Shown: piece by piece, positions 46,585 to 60,038 of the stretch
Position numbering within the stretch: position 1 is the stretch's first letter
Layout: each line of letters starts with the position of its first letter
Notes under the pieces: model-generated
The model's database searches: none
Told to the model about the DNA's origin: nothing
The model's input: only the letters and a program-made list of their open reading frames with translations
Program-made: the position numbers and the translations under genes
NCBI RefSeq assembly: GCF_009914755.1
Contig: NC_060935.1
From: the human T2T-CHM13v2.0 reference genome, Homo sapiens
DNA length: 64,000 nt
Reading direction: 5' to 3' (one strand)

Positions 46585-47989
46585 CTGGAAAAAAAAAAAA
46601 AAAAAAAAAAAAAGGTCTTTCTTATGAGAGTAAGTCCGGTGTGACTCTTGGGTACATCAGAGACTTCTCAGAAAGGTGAAGGGTCTTCATGTGAAGGTAA
46701 GTGCTACCAGACTATACCATAAAGTATTAAAGTAATTGTATATTTCATCCTTTTAAAGTTTTTGTTTCTTTAATAAGAGTAATGATGGTTTTCAGGGTAA
46801 GTTCCAGGTCAAGCTGTGAAGTAAAGAAATTTGAATTCTATGCTCCTTCCTTCCCTTTTAAATTCTAAACTAATTCTTCTCTGACTTTTCAGTTCCTCTT
46901 TCTGCTTTTTTGGTCACTCAGTATCTATTGCCTCTCTCCTCACCAAAATCCACTTTCAGGAAAGAATGATATTAGTCTTTTACGCTATAGCATACACCTA
47001 AGTCAAATTTTAGCAATATTTTTTCTATAAGTATTTGAATTTTCATGTGTTTTCTCACTGTGGAATGAAAGGCTATAATAATAGTTAAGATAAAAACATT
47101 GGTGAACAAAATAAAGGGGTGTTGTTGGGGTGGGCAGGAGGAAGAAATTGGGGAATAGAGGCAGTTAGGATAGGCTCAACATTTCTGAAATATCTGCAAT
47201 CACAAAAAAGTTCCCTGGTTGTGGCACCCTGGCATGCTTGCTTGATTTTATAGTGCTGTCCCACCAGAGACAGAAAAGGGCTTTCCCCAATTCCACTCCA
47301 CTCTGTTCCACTCCATTCAATTATATTTCACTCCAATCCACTATTCCATTCCATTCCACACTTTTTTAGAGAGCAGTAAATCCCTTATTGGTTTCTTGTT
47401 TTTATTCACAGCCAACTAGGGAACAGAAGGGCAAGCGTGAAGAGAGATGTAATGGTCTTATCCAGGCAATATGGCAAAAGGCCCCTATACTTATCCTTGA
47501 AATGTATCAGTGATGCCTTAAAAAAGTTTCTTTTTTTCTCTCCATACTCCACTACCATTCCCTTTCTTCTTCTTGAAAAATGCCTTGCTTTGTTTATATA
47601 CATTTTAAATTTACATAGACTTATATATTGTGTAATTTAATTAATACATTGTGCAATATATCTCATTCTGTTTCTTTTTCACAAAGTACCAAGTTTTAAA
47701 GACCCATCTGTACTGTTGCCATATGTGCATCTAGTACCATGTTTCTCACTGCTGCACATCACTTCATGGTGTGCAGCTACCACATTTTATCTGTATAGTC
47801 TTCTCCTAATAGACTCCCAGGTGTCTTCCAACTTCCATTACCACAAACAAGACTGCAGTGAACATCTTTGGCATGATTTGTACATGTCCCCTTATGGATC
47901 TACATGAGAATTTCTTTGATAGATACATCTGGGAGCAGGATTGCTGTAGGAAAAAGAATAGTCATGTCTTTTTAGAATATTTAAAATTG

Positions 47990-48310
<321 letters not shown>

Positions 48311-48578
48311 CTAAAAAAGAAGAAAAAAATCCCCACCATCCAAAGACAATAACTGGGAAGCACTGTAGTGCATTTCTTCTTAAACTTTTTTTCTTTTAGG
48401 GCAGCAATAGAGGCTCAGTCCCTCACACCTTCTTTGTTAATGCTTTATTACTGGGGAAATTCAGAGTTCAGTTTTATGGAAACTGCAGAAGTGCAAAGGA
48501 AGAGATATTCAGATTCTGGGAGTGTTCGCCTATTCCCAGGTCCTACCATGTACTATGACTCTCTTGAGAAGACCTTAC

Positions 48579-48740
48579 CATAGATGGCCTGAATGCCATC
48601 GATGTCATCTTGAGGGAGTGAGTAGTTGCTGGTTTCCCTGAAAGCATAGTTGGGATACATCAAGGCACCAGGGTCAGAGGAGTGAGCGAGCCCCAAAGAA
48701 TGGCCAAATTCATGAGCAGCAACAAGAAACAAGTTGTAAT
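48579..48740 (-). CDS. MMP8: MMP8 exon 5 (zinc-binding motif)
   Basis: [31 protein letters not shown]...QAIY. Confidence 0.98.
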
Positions 48741-50957
48741 CTGAAATGCAAACACGGGTGGTAAACAGCTCAGTGTGGATCCCAGGGTGGCAGAAACATG
48801 ATCTCAAGGAATGCAACCTCCAAGTCAAAACTGCTCAGGGAAATAGCCCTTCCCATGGCTGTCTTTTTCATCTTTCTTTCAGATACCTGAGAAAGTGGAC
48901 ATTGAGAAGAATCAAGATAGTGGTCATAGATGGCGACTAGGTGAGTATGAACTTCTTATAAACTCTTAGAACCCAGAAAAGCTGCATTTATTCCAATTCT
49001 CACATTTTACAAATGTGCATCTGAGACTTGGAGAAGTAATGGCAGAGCCGTCATGACTTTGGGAACCCCTCTTCTCTTGCATTCCCACAATCACCATCTC
49101 CACTGTCCCAGACACTCAGCCTCACGAGTAGAGTCCCTGTGAGCAAGTAGTTAGAAGAGAAGCCAGCCCAGCAGTGGAGCAGCCTCAGATGGAGGGCTGG
49201 CTCATGTTGGCTCCCTCATCACCCACAGCTTAGCACCAGCTCTTCTCTGTTTCTGAGCTTTCTAAGATGCTCTAGGAATTCTCTACTGGAGAGAGACAAA
49301 TCCTACCCTTATTGCTCTCTTTCTCCATGTTTTAACTTCCATGAGCATAGTGCCGTTCACAACTGGAGACTTAAAACCTTCCCAGGATCTCACTTCCTAT
49401 CAAATAAAGCCCAACCTCTTTTGCCTGGCCTTCAAGACCTCCTCCACTTGGCTCCAGCAGATATTTGAGTGCTTGCCTTTTAACATGAATCCTTCAGTCC
49501 AGCCAGTCTACATGCTGCCTCACAAACACACTGATGCATTTTTGTATATGCCTACTTTTAAAAAAAGCCATAATTGTAGAGTACCTACAACATACTAGGC
49601 AATCTAATGTTATGCAATCCTCATAACATTTTTCTGAAGTTTTATTAACAATATTTTTATAGTAAAGTGACTGATGCCCATAGATTTTGAATAGCTGGTA
49701 CTTGGTCCCTCAACTAGTAAGTGACAGATTGGGGTCAAACCCAGGTATAATGGCAAGATCCATGCTCTTACTGCAATGTTCAACTTCCTGTTGATAATTA
49801 GCCTGCTAAAATTCTACCCATGCTCTAAGAATTGTTTCTTATCATCACATCCTTTTAATTATGCATTCATGAGTGCATTTCAGAAAAATATCTTTGAATG
49901 CTTGGAATACCGTGAAAGGAACTGTGGGCAATTTGTTGTGGTTCTCTGCTCTACAGGGAGTGCATAGTCTAGAAGAGGAGAGATGTGTGCAAACAACTTG
50001 AAAGCACACAGTGAGTGATGACAGAGAAGGAGATACAAAAGCTGTCAGAATTCTGCAGAGGAAGTTCTCATTTCCAGGACAAGGCAAGACAGAAGGTGGC
50101 CTTTGACATACATAGCATGGCAAGATGAGAGAGATTTTAAAAGGTGGTGCTTGGGGCATGGGAAGAGTATTTCAGGGAGAGGAAGCAATTCAAGCAAATG
50201 TGAGGAAGATAAAAAGCATAGGGTGTGACCTAGAAACAGTGAATGTACAATGTGGGTGTTAGCCCGATGTGAATGGAATACGTGAAATAAGAAGACAAGC
50301 CAAGAAAGACAAGGATGAACAAGCACCAAGAGCCTTCAATACCAAGTGGAAGTATTTGGACCTTATTTGGTGCAGAATGTGTAAACATTGAAACTTTTAA
50401 GCATGAGAGTGATGTGATCCAAGATGGGCTTCCAAAAACAAACCCTGCTGCAATGGTAGGAAAAATTAGAGGGAGCACATACTGGAGATGGAGAGTCCAG
50501 TTAGGAATCTAGATCATTCGTTCAGGTAAGAGGTAATGATCATCCGAACTAGTGAGGAGGGCAACAGGGAATGGAGAGGAGCTGAGGGTTATTACCTATC
50601 TTTGGCTACACACAGCTCCTAGCATATGGACTTAGGTAGAATAGACCCTCGTAACATACCCATGTTGAGAAAATGGCAGGAGGAACAGGTGCCAAGCAAA
50701 GGTAAAAGGTGCCTTTCTGATTATTTTCTAAAAGTGCTCTCTGGCATATTGTTACCCCATATTTTGTGAAGTACCACATGGTCTGGGTATACCTGTCCTC
50801 AGCCTCATTTCTTCCCTTCAAGCAGCCCAGTCCTTCTTAATAGGAGCCTTCTCCTGAAAGGAGTGGCTTGCTGTACAGAAGCATACCACTGAAGAAGAGC
50901 TCCAAGGAGATGAACTAACTAGATGAGAGGGAAGGTGTCTGTTCTTTTCTCAATAGA

Positions 50958-51080
50958 CTAATTTCTAATTATAGAAATTATAATTTCTAAATGAATTTCC
51001 AAAAAATGGAAAAATAGGCTAATTTCTAATTATAGAAATTATAATTTCTAAATGAATTTCCAAAAATGGAAAAATAGGCT
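50958..51080. repeat. Tandem duplication of a ~61-bp AT-rich unit
   Basis: ctaatttctaattatagaaattataatttctaaatgaatttccaaaaa(a)tggaaaaatagg x2. Confidence 0.95.
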
Positions 51081-51129
51081 CTTTTCAAACATCACTAAAT
51101 TTGGGAATATTAAAATAAAGATATTCTAA

Positions 51130-51340
51130 AGCAGTATCTGTAAAGAACCAGATAGCAAATATTTTAGGCTTTGTAAGCCAAATGATCCATGTTGCAATTA
51201 CTCAGCTTGCCATTGTAGAGTGAAAGCAGCCATTTATGATATAGAAACAAATAAATGTGGCCCTGTTTCAATAAAACTTTATTTATACAGACAGGGGTCA
51301 GGCAGGATTTGGCCGTAGTCTGTATTTTCTGATCTCTGAC
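51130..51340. mobile_element. MER58A-like DNA element
   Basis: gtaaagaaccagatagcaaatattttaggctttg...caataaaactttattta. Confidence 0.8.
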
Positions 51341-51561
51341 CTAAGAAGTAAGGTCAGTAATCAGATTCAGCATGTCTTTTTCTTTCTTTTTTTAAAAAAA
51401 TCCCAAATTGACTTAGTATCATGAGGTTGCAAAAATTTCAAATGATCACTTTTTGTGAGTTTGAAATATTATGTTACCTTTATTGTGTGTGTGTGTGTGT
51501 ATTCTAATCTGTAAAAGGTTAATTCAGAAGCTGTGTGTGGACATAATCTTGATTAACTTAC

Positions 51562-51687
51562 TTGCGGAGGTGTTGGTCCATGTTTCTTCGGCATCAAAAT
51601 GAGCATCTCCTCCAATACCTTGGCCTGGCTGAAAGGCATGAGCAAGGATTCCATTGGGTCCATCAAATGGAGAATTGTCACCGTGAT
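51562..51687 (-). CDS. MMP8: MMP8 exon 4
   Basis: [42 protein letters not shown]. Confidence 0.97.
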
Positions 51688-51774
51688 CTGAAATAAGAAC
51701 ATTTGTATTAGATCCTTGCCAAGTTTCAGGTTAGCCAAAGAAAGCAAAACTGAGCATGACTGCTTTGTACCTAC

Positions 51775-51923
51775 CTCTTTGGTAAAAAGCAATGTTGATA
51801 TCTGCCTCTCCCTGTGAGATCCTGGTGAAGATGAGAGGTGATGCAACACTCCAGAGTTCAAAGGCATCCTTGATAGCTCTTTCTACCTCAGCCTCTGACA
51901 GCTGTGGGGTATAGTTTCGAATC
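51775..51923 (-). CDS. MMP8: MMP8 exon 3
   Basis: [49 protein letters not shown]. Confidence 0.97.
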
Positions 51924-52589
51924 CTTCAAAATGAGAGGATGTATGAAGAGTTAAATGTTATTTAGAACAGTAGTCCATCAACTGATGAGTTGTTCTGTTT
52001 TGAAGTGAGTTGCATCATGGTGTGCTACCACTGGAGAGGATAAGGAGGGAGTGCAGGTCTCAGGGTGGAGGACAGATGTGGGTTCTGAACAAGTTAATAC
52101 ATGTCTTTAAACCTCAGTTTCCTATTCATAAAATGAGGATACTAATATAGTATCCCTCTCATAGGGCTGCCGTGGGGATTAAATACATATAAAGCATTTA
52201 GTTCATTACTTGTCAAATAGTAATAATATTCCACAAATATTAGATATTATTATTATTATTAAGATGTATGAAAGGAGGGACTTGACTCTCTCCAGCAATG
52301 ATTAAGCCTTTGTTGGGTCCTAAAGTAAGTGCTTAGAGAGACAGCCTAACATTGCTGGTAGTCCTCTTTAGATTGTTGGAGAAGGAAGACTAAAACGGGA
52401 AGCCTTGGAGTGGAAAGAACCCACGGTATCTCAACATTTTCATTCTCATATTCATTCACTACTCACACTCTTCAAAGGCAGGGATATTTATCTACTTGTT
52501 CCTAGTGTATCCCAAGAACAGTGTCTGTCATATAAGAGCCCAGTCCATACTGGATAAATGAGTGTATCCTGAAACCCTAGAGATATCAC

Positions 52590-52834
52590 CTGTAGGTCAA
52601 GTTAGTGCGTTCCCACTTGGGGTTTCCTGGGGTTAACATAAAACCACCACTGTCAGGCACTCCACAGCGAGGCTTTTTCATCATGTCCAGAGTTTCCTCA
52701 TTTGGCTTCCCCGTCACATTCAACCCAAAAAATCGCTGCATTTCTTTAAGCTTTTCAACGATCACATTAGTGCCATTCTTCCTTGTAGACTGATACTGGT
52801 TGCTTGGTAATTGGTAGAACTTTTCCAGGTAGTC
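52590..52834 (-). CDS. MMP8: MMP8 exon 2 (propeptide)
   Basis: [13 protein letters not shown]...[30 protein letters not shown]. Confidence 0.98.
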
Positions 52835-53151
52835 CTGGACAAAGACAAGCACATAGGGGTCTTGCTGTGAAAGGACCTCCAGTTCTCTGGTCATTTTGCA
52901 ACCCTTTCTAAGTTACTACAGAGGTCTGATAACTTGACAGCCACAGGAACAATAACACAAATTAATTTGTAGGTTGGCTTTGAGAGAACAACTCTTTTTA
53001 GAAAGAACAGTTCCTCCACTCAGTGCTCCAGTTAATGGTTATGCATAAAAAAGGGTGTCTCATAAGGGATGAGGATCACATCACACAGGCAAAGTGCTAC
53101 TCTACAGTCAGGAGACTGTCTTCTTGTTTTTACAAAAAAATTAGGACTAAC

Positions 53152-53242
53152 ATTAATTGACTTCTCTTGAGGTATTTGTTGCATCAGTGCAGTTCCTCTT
53201 TTTTATCCTCTTCACTACTGTAGAAAAGGCTTATTTATTCTG
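53152..53242 (-). other. MMP8: MMP8 alternative cassette exon in intron 1 (91 nt, or 88 nt via NAGNAG); internal ATG gives MQQIPQEKSIN in frame with exon 2
   Basis: ttctgtttgttcag|cag| acceptor, AAT|GTTAGT donor, ATG at 53184; matches my recollection of a reported 91-bp MMP8 splice insertion between codons 34 and 35. Confidence 0.8.
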
Positions 53243-53558
53243 CTGAACAAACAGAAGCACAGAGAATTAAGGAATTTTCCAAGTGATGATTCAGATTTTA
53301 ACTCACCATGTTGCCTCTCAAATGAGAACTGATAATTTCAAAATAATTTCAAATATCTTTTAGGGGAACAGCAATATCATTGATATTAGCATTTTATTCA
53401 CCAAAGTAACTCTTTGGAAGTGTTAAATTTAGTCAAAATCCAAAGAGTTTAGCCTAAAAATTACCTATTTTAAGTTTGGCTTAAAAGTTTCTTCATACAT
53501 AGTGAAATGTAACCTAACTAGACCTCATGCTGCCTGTGAACACCTGGCACCTTGTCAG

Positions 53559-53980
53559 TGTCTTAGTCCATTTTCTGTTGCTATAACAGAATATCTGATG
53601 CTGGGTAACTTATACATAAAAGGGGCTGATTTTCTCTCACAATTCTGGAGGCTGGGAAGTCCAAGATCAGGTGGCTGCATCTGGTTGGCTTCTGAGATGG
53701 CCTTGTGCTGTGTCATAACATGGCAGAGAAACAAAAGGGGAGCAAGCATGTGTGAAAAGGGGCAAAACACAAAGGGCAGCCCCTCTTTATAATACCCATT
53801 CTATTAATTACTAATCCAGTTCTGCAAGAGCCAGAACCCACTCCAGCAAAAATTAACCCAGTCACACAAGAGTGTCATTAATCTTTCTTAATGACCTAAG
53901 TACTTCTTAAAGGACCCACTGTCACATGGGCTACTAAATCTTTAACACATAAATTCAAGGGACACACTCTAACCACAGCA
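53559..53980 (-). mobile_element. MaLR LTR (MST family) in MMP8 intron 1
   Basis: tgtcttagtccattttctgttgctataacagaata...ctggaggctgggaagtccaagatca. Confidence 0.8.
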
Positions 53981-54914
53981 GTAGGTGACACTGACCAGAT
54001 CACACGCTTTGGAATCAGACAGGCCTGGGTTCAAATCTTAACTCTGCCATGAATTAACTGTGAGCACTTGGCCACATTATTTATCTGATTTAAGATATTT
54101 TTGTCTCTGAAATGAAAATAATAATGCTCCAATAAGGTTCTTGTGAGGATTAAATGAGATATTTGTGAAATGTGTAGCAGTTGCCTTGCATAGAATAAGC
54201 ACTCAATGGACTTTACATTAACCCGGGGGTTACAATTAAGAGATAACCTCTTAATAATAATAATGCTTTCTCCAAACTATAATGCTAAGAAAACTGTGCA
54301 TGAGAGATTTGTGACAGAATTCCCTTGTGTTTCTTAAAAATTTGGGTTCACTTTCAGACTGTGAAACAATGGAAAAAAACTATTGGTTCTGCTTTTATAA
54401 TGCTTCCAAGAGTTTATAAACAGTCCACAATCTGATGCTGGGAAATATGATTTTACTGTGTACTGATTTCTAGTTCATTGTAATCTACCATCCTCACATT
54501 ATTTTCTATATCTGGAATTTTTGGCGGCAAAGAAAATGCCTGTATGGAAGCACCAGACATATAGTAACTTGATTGCAGATATCCTGGAAGGAAAAACCTT
54601 AGGTAAATGAGAAAGAAAATGATACCATTTTATAAATAAAACCATTTCTTCTACAAAAGTTTCCCAACTAGGGGTAACTCTACAGCAGTATTTTCCCAGC
54701 CTTTAAAGAATTCAGCTTGTTTTCATGTCCGGCTTTTAAAAGGCCTAGTCCTTACCAGCTTGGAACCCTCCAAATCACTAAAAGGAGATGTTCAATCTCA
54801 AACTAATCACCCAAATAATTTCTTTCAGGCTGTTTTAATTAATAAGAGAAAACAACCCACACTATTTCCTAATAATCAGCAAATCAAACATCACCTAACT
54901 GATAGTTCATTTAC

Positions 54915-55016
54915 CTGAACAGTTTTTGTATTTTTCTCTTTAGAAGATACAGGAAAGGCCTTGGAAATCTGCACATGGAGTAAGAGCAGAAATGGAAGCG
55001 TCTTCAGGGAGAACAT
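54915..55016 (-). CDS. MMP8: MMP8 exon 1 coding part (signal peptide)
   Basis: MFSLKTLPFLLLLHVQISKAFPVSSKEKNTKTVQ; CAG|GTAAAT donor. Confidence 0.97.
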
Positions 55017-55109
55017 GATCTTCTCTTCAAACTCTACCCCTCCTGGCTTTCTTTCTGTCCCTCTGGGTAGGGCCCTTCCCTGGCGAGCACCCTGAGGTTC
55101 ACAGCATCA

Positions 55110-55220
55110 TGTGTCACTCACAGCTCTCTTGCAGTCCTCTTTAAAGCCATGTCTTAAACAATTGCTGCATCAGGAATATGAAGCAACATAGGTTAATTAC
55201 ACTCTGACAGTTTTGCAATT
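55110..55220 (-). promoter_or_regulatory. MMP8: MMP8 proximal promoter: TATA-like TTTAAA and C/EBP-like sites
   Basis: TTTAAA at 55140-55145 implies a TSS near 55110-55115; GTTGCTTCAT 55178-55187 and ATTGCAAAAC 55210-55219 on the minus strand; no consensus AP-1 in this stretch; fits the known C/EBP-driven myeloid expression. Confidence 0.7.
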
Positions 55221-58200
55221 TTATAATGTGATTTAGTACCCCCAAATGGGGGAGTCTTTCAACAGTCTTTCAAAACTCCAACTTTCTACTCTTTGCTTTT
55301 GGATGTTTTAGTTATTTCCTTTTACAAAATTGGTTGAGGAAAAGGAACAAGGGACTAATCCTGAAGTTATGTGGATACATTTTTTGACTATGTAAGATGT
55401 TGAGGTTGAATTAACTTATGCAGGGGAATATTTTGAGGTTTGTGGTAGATATCTTGGGACCAAGGAGCCCAACTAGAGAATCTCTGTACTTATCCTCCCT
55501 CATTGTATGTGGAGAGAATGAGTGACTGTGTTATTACAAAGCAGGCTTTGTATGGGGCCTAGAGCTGCTTCTGGAGGATGTGGTTTGGTATCAACATATT
55601 AGAAAATCCCTAGTCTATAAGTTAGACTTTCCATGGAAAAGATAAAGAGAACAATACTGATGATGATAATAATGAACATTTGCTAAAAAATTATGATTGC
55701 CCAGACATTTGTACTGTGTTCCACATATTACCCCAATCCATCTTCACATAGCCTTGGGAGGGAGATGCTATTACTATCTCCATTTTACAGATGAAATCAA
55801 ATCCAGAGACATTTAGATGACCTGTTTAAGTCACATGTTTCATTTGTGGAGGGGCCAGGATTCAACCCCAGAGGGTATGTTTAGAGAGACTGAGCTGGGA
55901 GCTACTATAAGCTCTGCATGGTAGTCTCCCACTTGAGTCTCTGGCTGGGCCATAGTGGAGCAGCAGCTCTAGGCCTTCAACAGCTGGATACTTTGGCTTA
56001 TATTCACAGGCAGAAGACAAGGGAGAGGGAGAATGAGATGTTGTACATCTTCAAGGAGTAAGACACTGAGAGATTTCCAGACAATATGGCTACATAGGAG
56101 ACTGTTTGTCAGAGGCCCCTGGGCATGCTTTTCAAATCATGTAACCTGGTCCCACTTATTCTGAGTCCACATGCATGTAGTTTGTTATCATACACAGTCT
56201 TTGTGAATACTCATTTACATATATGCATACATATTTGGTAAAGGCAGGTATTCTTGTGTATAAATGCATGTGTCTACATGTATGATACATAGCATGTATT
56301 AATATGTAAAGAGTGTATTTGAGATGCTATGATAAGGAGTTCTGATCTTTCCTGAGGTCACTTAGGAACTTTGAAAATGATCCAAAGAAAGGTGTCTTGG
56401 GTTAGAACATATCTGGACAGCAGATTAATGTTAATGATGTATATTCCTACATTCATTCAGTAAACATTTCCTGTCATCTACTACATGCCACATGCTGTGA
56501 TGGGTGCTAGAGTATTGGAGATAAATTAATAGAGGTTTGGATAAAATGCTGTGGGTGTTTGGAGGAAACAGCAGTGGTGTGGAGGGAGTGAAATCAAGGA
56601 AGGTTTCATGAGGGAGGTGGAATTTGAACCGGATCATGAAGAGGTAGAATGTAGACATGCAGAGATGTAGCAACCCATTCTTTGTATTAATATAAATGTG
56701 ACAGCTTCCTGCCAAATTGTTCAAAGATCACGGTCATGTTCATCCTCCTTGAGTTCATGGCTTAATGTGGCTTTCTTTACATTAGGTCTTTGGTGAAAAA
56801 ATGCTTTTTCCTCCACGAAAATGCCTTAACATTGGTCTAACTCTATGTTGAGTTATTTTGATGCAATGGCTTGCTTACAAGGTTTATAAATGTACTTTCT
56901 TCTGAACATAACAGCAAGTGATTTAGTTGAGAATCTAAAACTTCGGTAAACTTAGTTTTTGGTGTTTGGGTAAATGCTATGTTAAAAAATTGAACGGTTG
57001 GGTCTGGATCCCCCCAACAGGCCCAGCCCTGGTGCAGTGGTGGAGAAGGCTATACTGCATTTGCTTTCAGGGCTCCAGCTTGTGCCTTCTGAATCCTTTC
57101 TCCACACCTGACCACTGTCTACCTCCGTGGTGTCTGTGCCTCACCTGCTTCTGGTCCCTGGGACTGAGTTCTCTCAGGCTCTCTCCCCCAAAAATCAAAT
57201 CAGTCATTTACACTTCAGTGCGAACAGGAGTTGTTCGCCTGTTGAGTAGATATCTTGCTAGAAAAAACAAACAAGCCAACAAAGTTTTAAAAATGAAGGT
57301 ATTGTTCATTATAACATGAGTTTCAGGGCAAGTTAAGAAGAAGAAAGAAATTTAGTTTGCCCAGAAAACTCACAAGGCAATGTAGGCTCTTTCTGCCTCT
57401 CTATTACTAGCCTCCCTCCTGCCCCTTCGGCAGCAGCCTATTCTCATAAGGATAAGGATATTCTTATAAGGATAAGGATATAGATGTGGGTTCTACAGCA
57501 ACATAGCAGGTGTATTTTTATAGTTCAGTTTTGCTTTCTAGGCCCGAGGAGATGACACAGATTGCATAGATATAGTCTATTTGTTTTTTAGTTATAAAAT
57601 AAAGGATGAGTTGAACCAGCTGGGGTGAGCACATGTGCCTGAATCTTGAATGATGAGTAGGAGTTGCCAATGGGGAATGTGATCCAGTAGAAGGAACAGC
57701 GTCCGCTAAGCACAGAATTATACCCAGTGAAGCCGTGGCTCATTTGATTCACATAAGCCAAGGCAAAATGTCCTCAGCTTCATGCCTTTCTGAACTCTCA
57801 TGATCAGAATGGATGTCCATATACCCTGATCAAGTTAACAGAACAATTGTTGGGGCCAGTTGTGGTGAAAGGTAAAGAGCATTTGGGTGGAAATTAAACT
57901 TACTGGGTTCAAATTACAGTCCTGCCACTTCCCACTTATGCAACTTTTGGCAAATCTAAGTTCTTCTGAGGTTCAATTTCCACACCTGTGAAACTAGTGC
58001 ATTAACATCTCCCTCATAGGGCATCAAGGGTATTAGATGAGATCATACATGGAAAAAGTCTGTGTAAACCCTTCACTGTGCTGTTCTCTTTGTATTATGA
58101 ATGTGGTGAAATTATAGCCACATTAGTTCATGCGTCCGTTCTGTGAATGAGTTAGAAATGCTGAAAATTTCTTCTTTTCCAGAAAGAGAAGTGCTTCTAA

Positions 58201-58599
58201 GTTAAGCCACCAAGTGAAGTAACTTCCATGGAGCTTCCTTTAGTAGCCAGTGTTCAAGTTCAGCCAGGGAACATATGTGTGTGACTCACATCCTTTGCAC
58301 AGAGTATAAATGTATACACTCAGATCTCACAAGTCATTATGGATTAATCACTGTGCTAAGTCTTAGATATGCAGCATCTATTACCTTCCTTAAGCTTCAT
58401 AACAACCCAGAGAAGTGGGAGTTATTATCCCCATTTTAAAGAAGAAAACAGATTCAGAGATATGATTCAAATTTACCTTTTCATTGACTCTTCCTAAAAT
58501 CTCCTTTGTTCTCTCAATGAGGAAAAAATTTTTAAAAGTGATTATTCTCAGTCTTGGCACTACATCAGAATCTATATTAAACATACAAGTAGGCTTCTT

Positions 58600-58945
58600 T
58601 TATGAACTAAATGTTGTGTCCCCCAACCCCAAATTTACATGTTGAAATCCTAACTCCCAGTGTGACGGTATTAGGAGGTGGGGCCTTAAGGAGGTGAGGC
58701 CTCATGAGTGGGATTAGTGCCCTTATAAAAGAGACCCCAGAGAACTCTCTTTCTGTCTTTCCACCAAGTGAGGATCCAATGAAAAGTTGGCAGTCTGCAG
58801 CCCAGAAGAGGGCCCTCACCAGAACCTAACCATGTTAGCAGGCTGATCTGACTTCCGTCCTCCAGAACTGTGAGAAATAATGTATTTCTGTTGTTTATAA
58901 GCCACTCAGTCTATGATATCTTATTTGGCAGCCAGAATGGACTGA
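58600..58945 (+). mobile_element. MLT1A-like LTR, apparently inserted in a MER5 element
   Basis: atgttgaaatcctaactcccagtgtgacggtattaggaggtgggg...ccagaactgtgagaaataa. Confidence 0.85.
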
Positions 58946-59727
58946 GCTCCACTCCAGCTACTGAATCAGAATCTCTGGGGTGGGGCCCAGGTATACACAA
59001 GTTTAGAAAGCATCCCAGGTAACAATGAGGATGAGTTGAGAATCTCTATTGTAAGAGAGGATGGAGAATATACAATAAGAGAAGTAAAGAGTCATGTTTT
59101 AAGATTTTAAAAAAGGAAAAATCATATTCTATTGGGGAGATCCACAAAGTCTTTGTAGGGGAAGTGGACACTGAGATAAACTTTGAAAGGTGGATTGAAT
59201 TTTGGCATTGAAATTAAGTTAAATGAGGGTGGGATTAGAAGCAAAAAGCAAAGGTATTGTGGTAAGAAATCTTGGATTGTAAGTGAAGAATAACAAGGGT
59301 CTGGGGGAATCAGCATAGAGCATATAAAGAGAAGCAGCTTGGAATGGTAGGCTAGAACCAGATAGTGGAGGGGCAGGAATTAAACATCAAAAGGCCAGCA
59401 ATGAGCAGACATTGTTTGTTTCTGAGCCATGTAACAATCTATGCTGACTTAATAAAACTAACCGGGCCATAGTATCTAGGATAGACTGGACTGAAGAGAG
59501 GTTATAAATAAGAAGAACAATTAAAAGGTGGAGTAAGAGTTTAAGTGAAAGGTCGTGAGGACCTGGCCCTAGCGGGTGGTCATGGGTCTTACTCTTGGTG
59601 TGGGGATGGATGGTGAAGAAATGAGGTTGAAGAAGACAGGAGGGAACCTGGGTCATCACACCACACATCTCCAAGGAGCAGCAATTCGCATCACAGATAC
59701 ACACAGATAAAATAAAAGTTGCCTTAA

Positions 59728-60038
<311 letters not shown>

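Noticed and set aside
47290-47360. (CCATT)n satellite-like stretch
   Set aside because: Only ~70 bp and degenerate; an ordinary simple repeat
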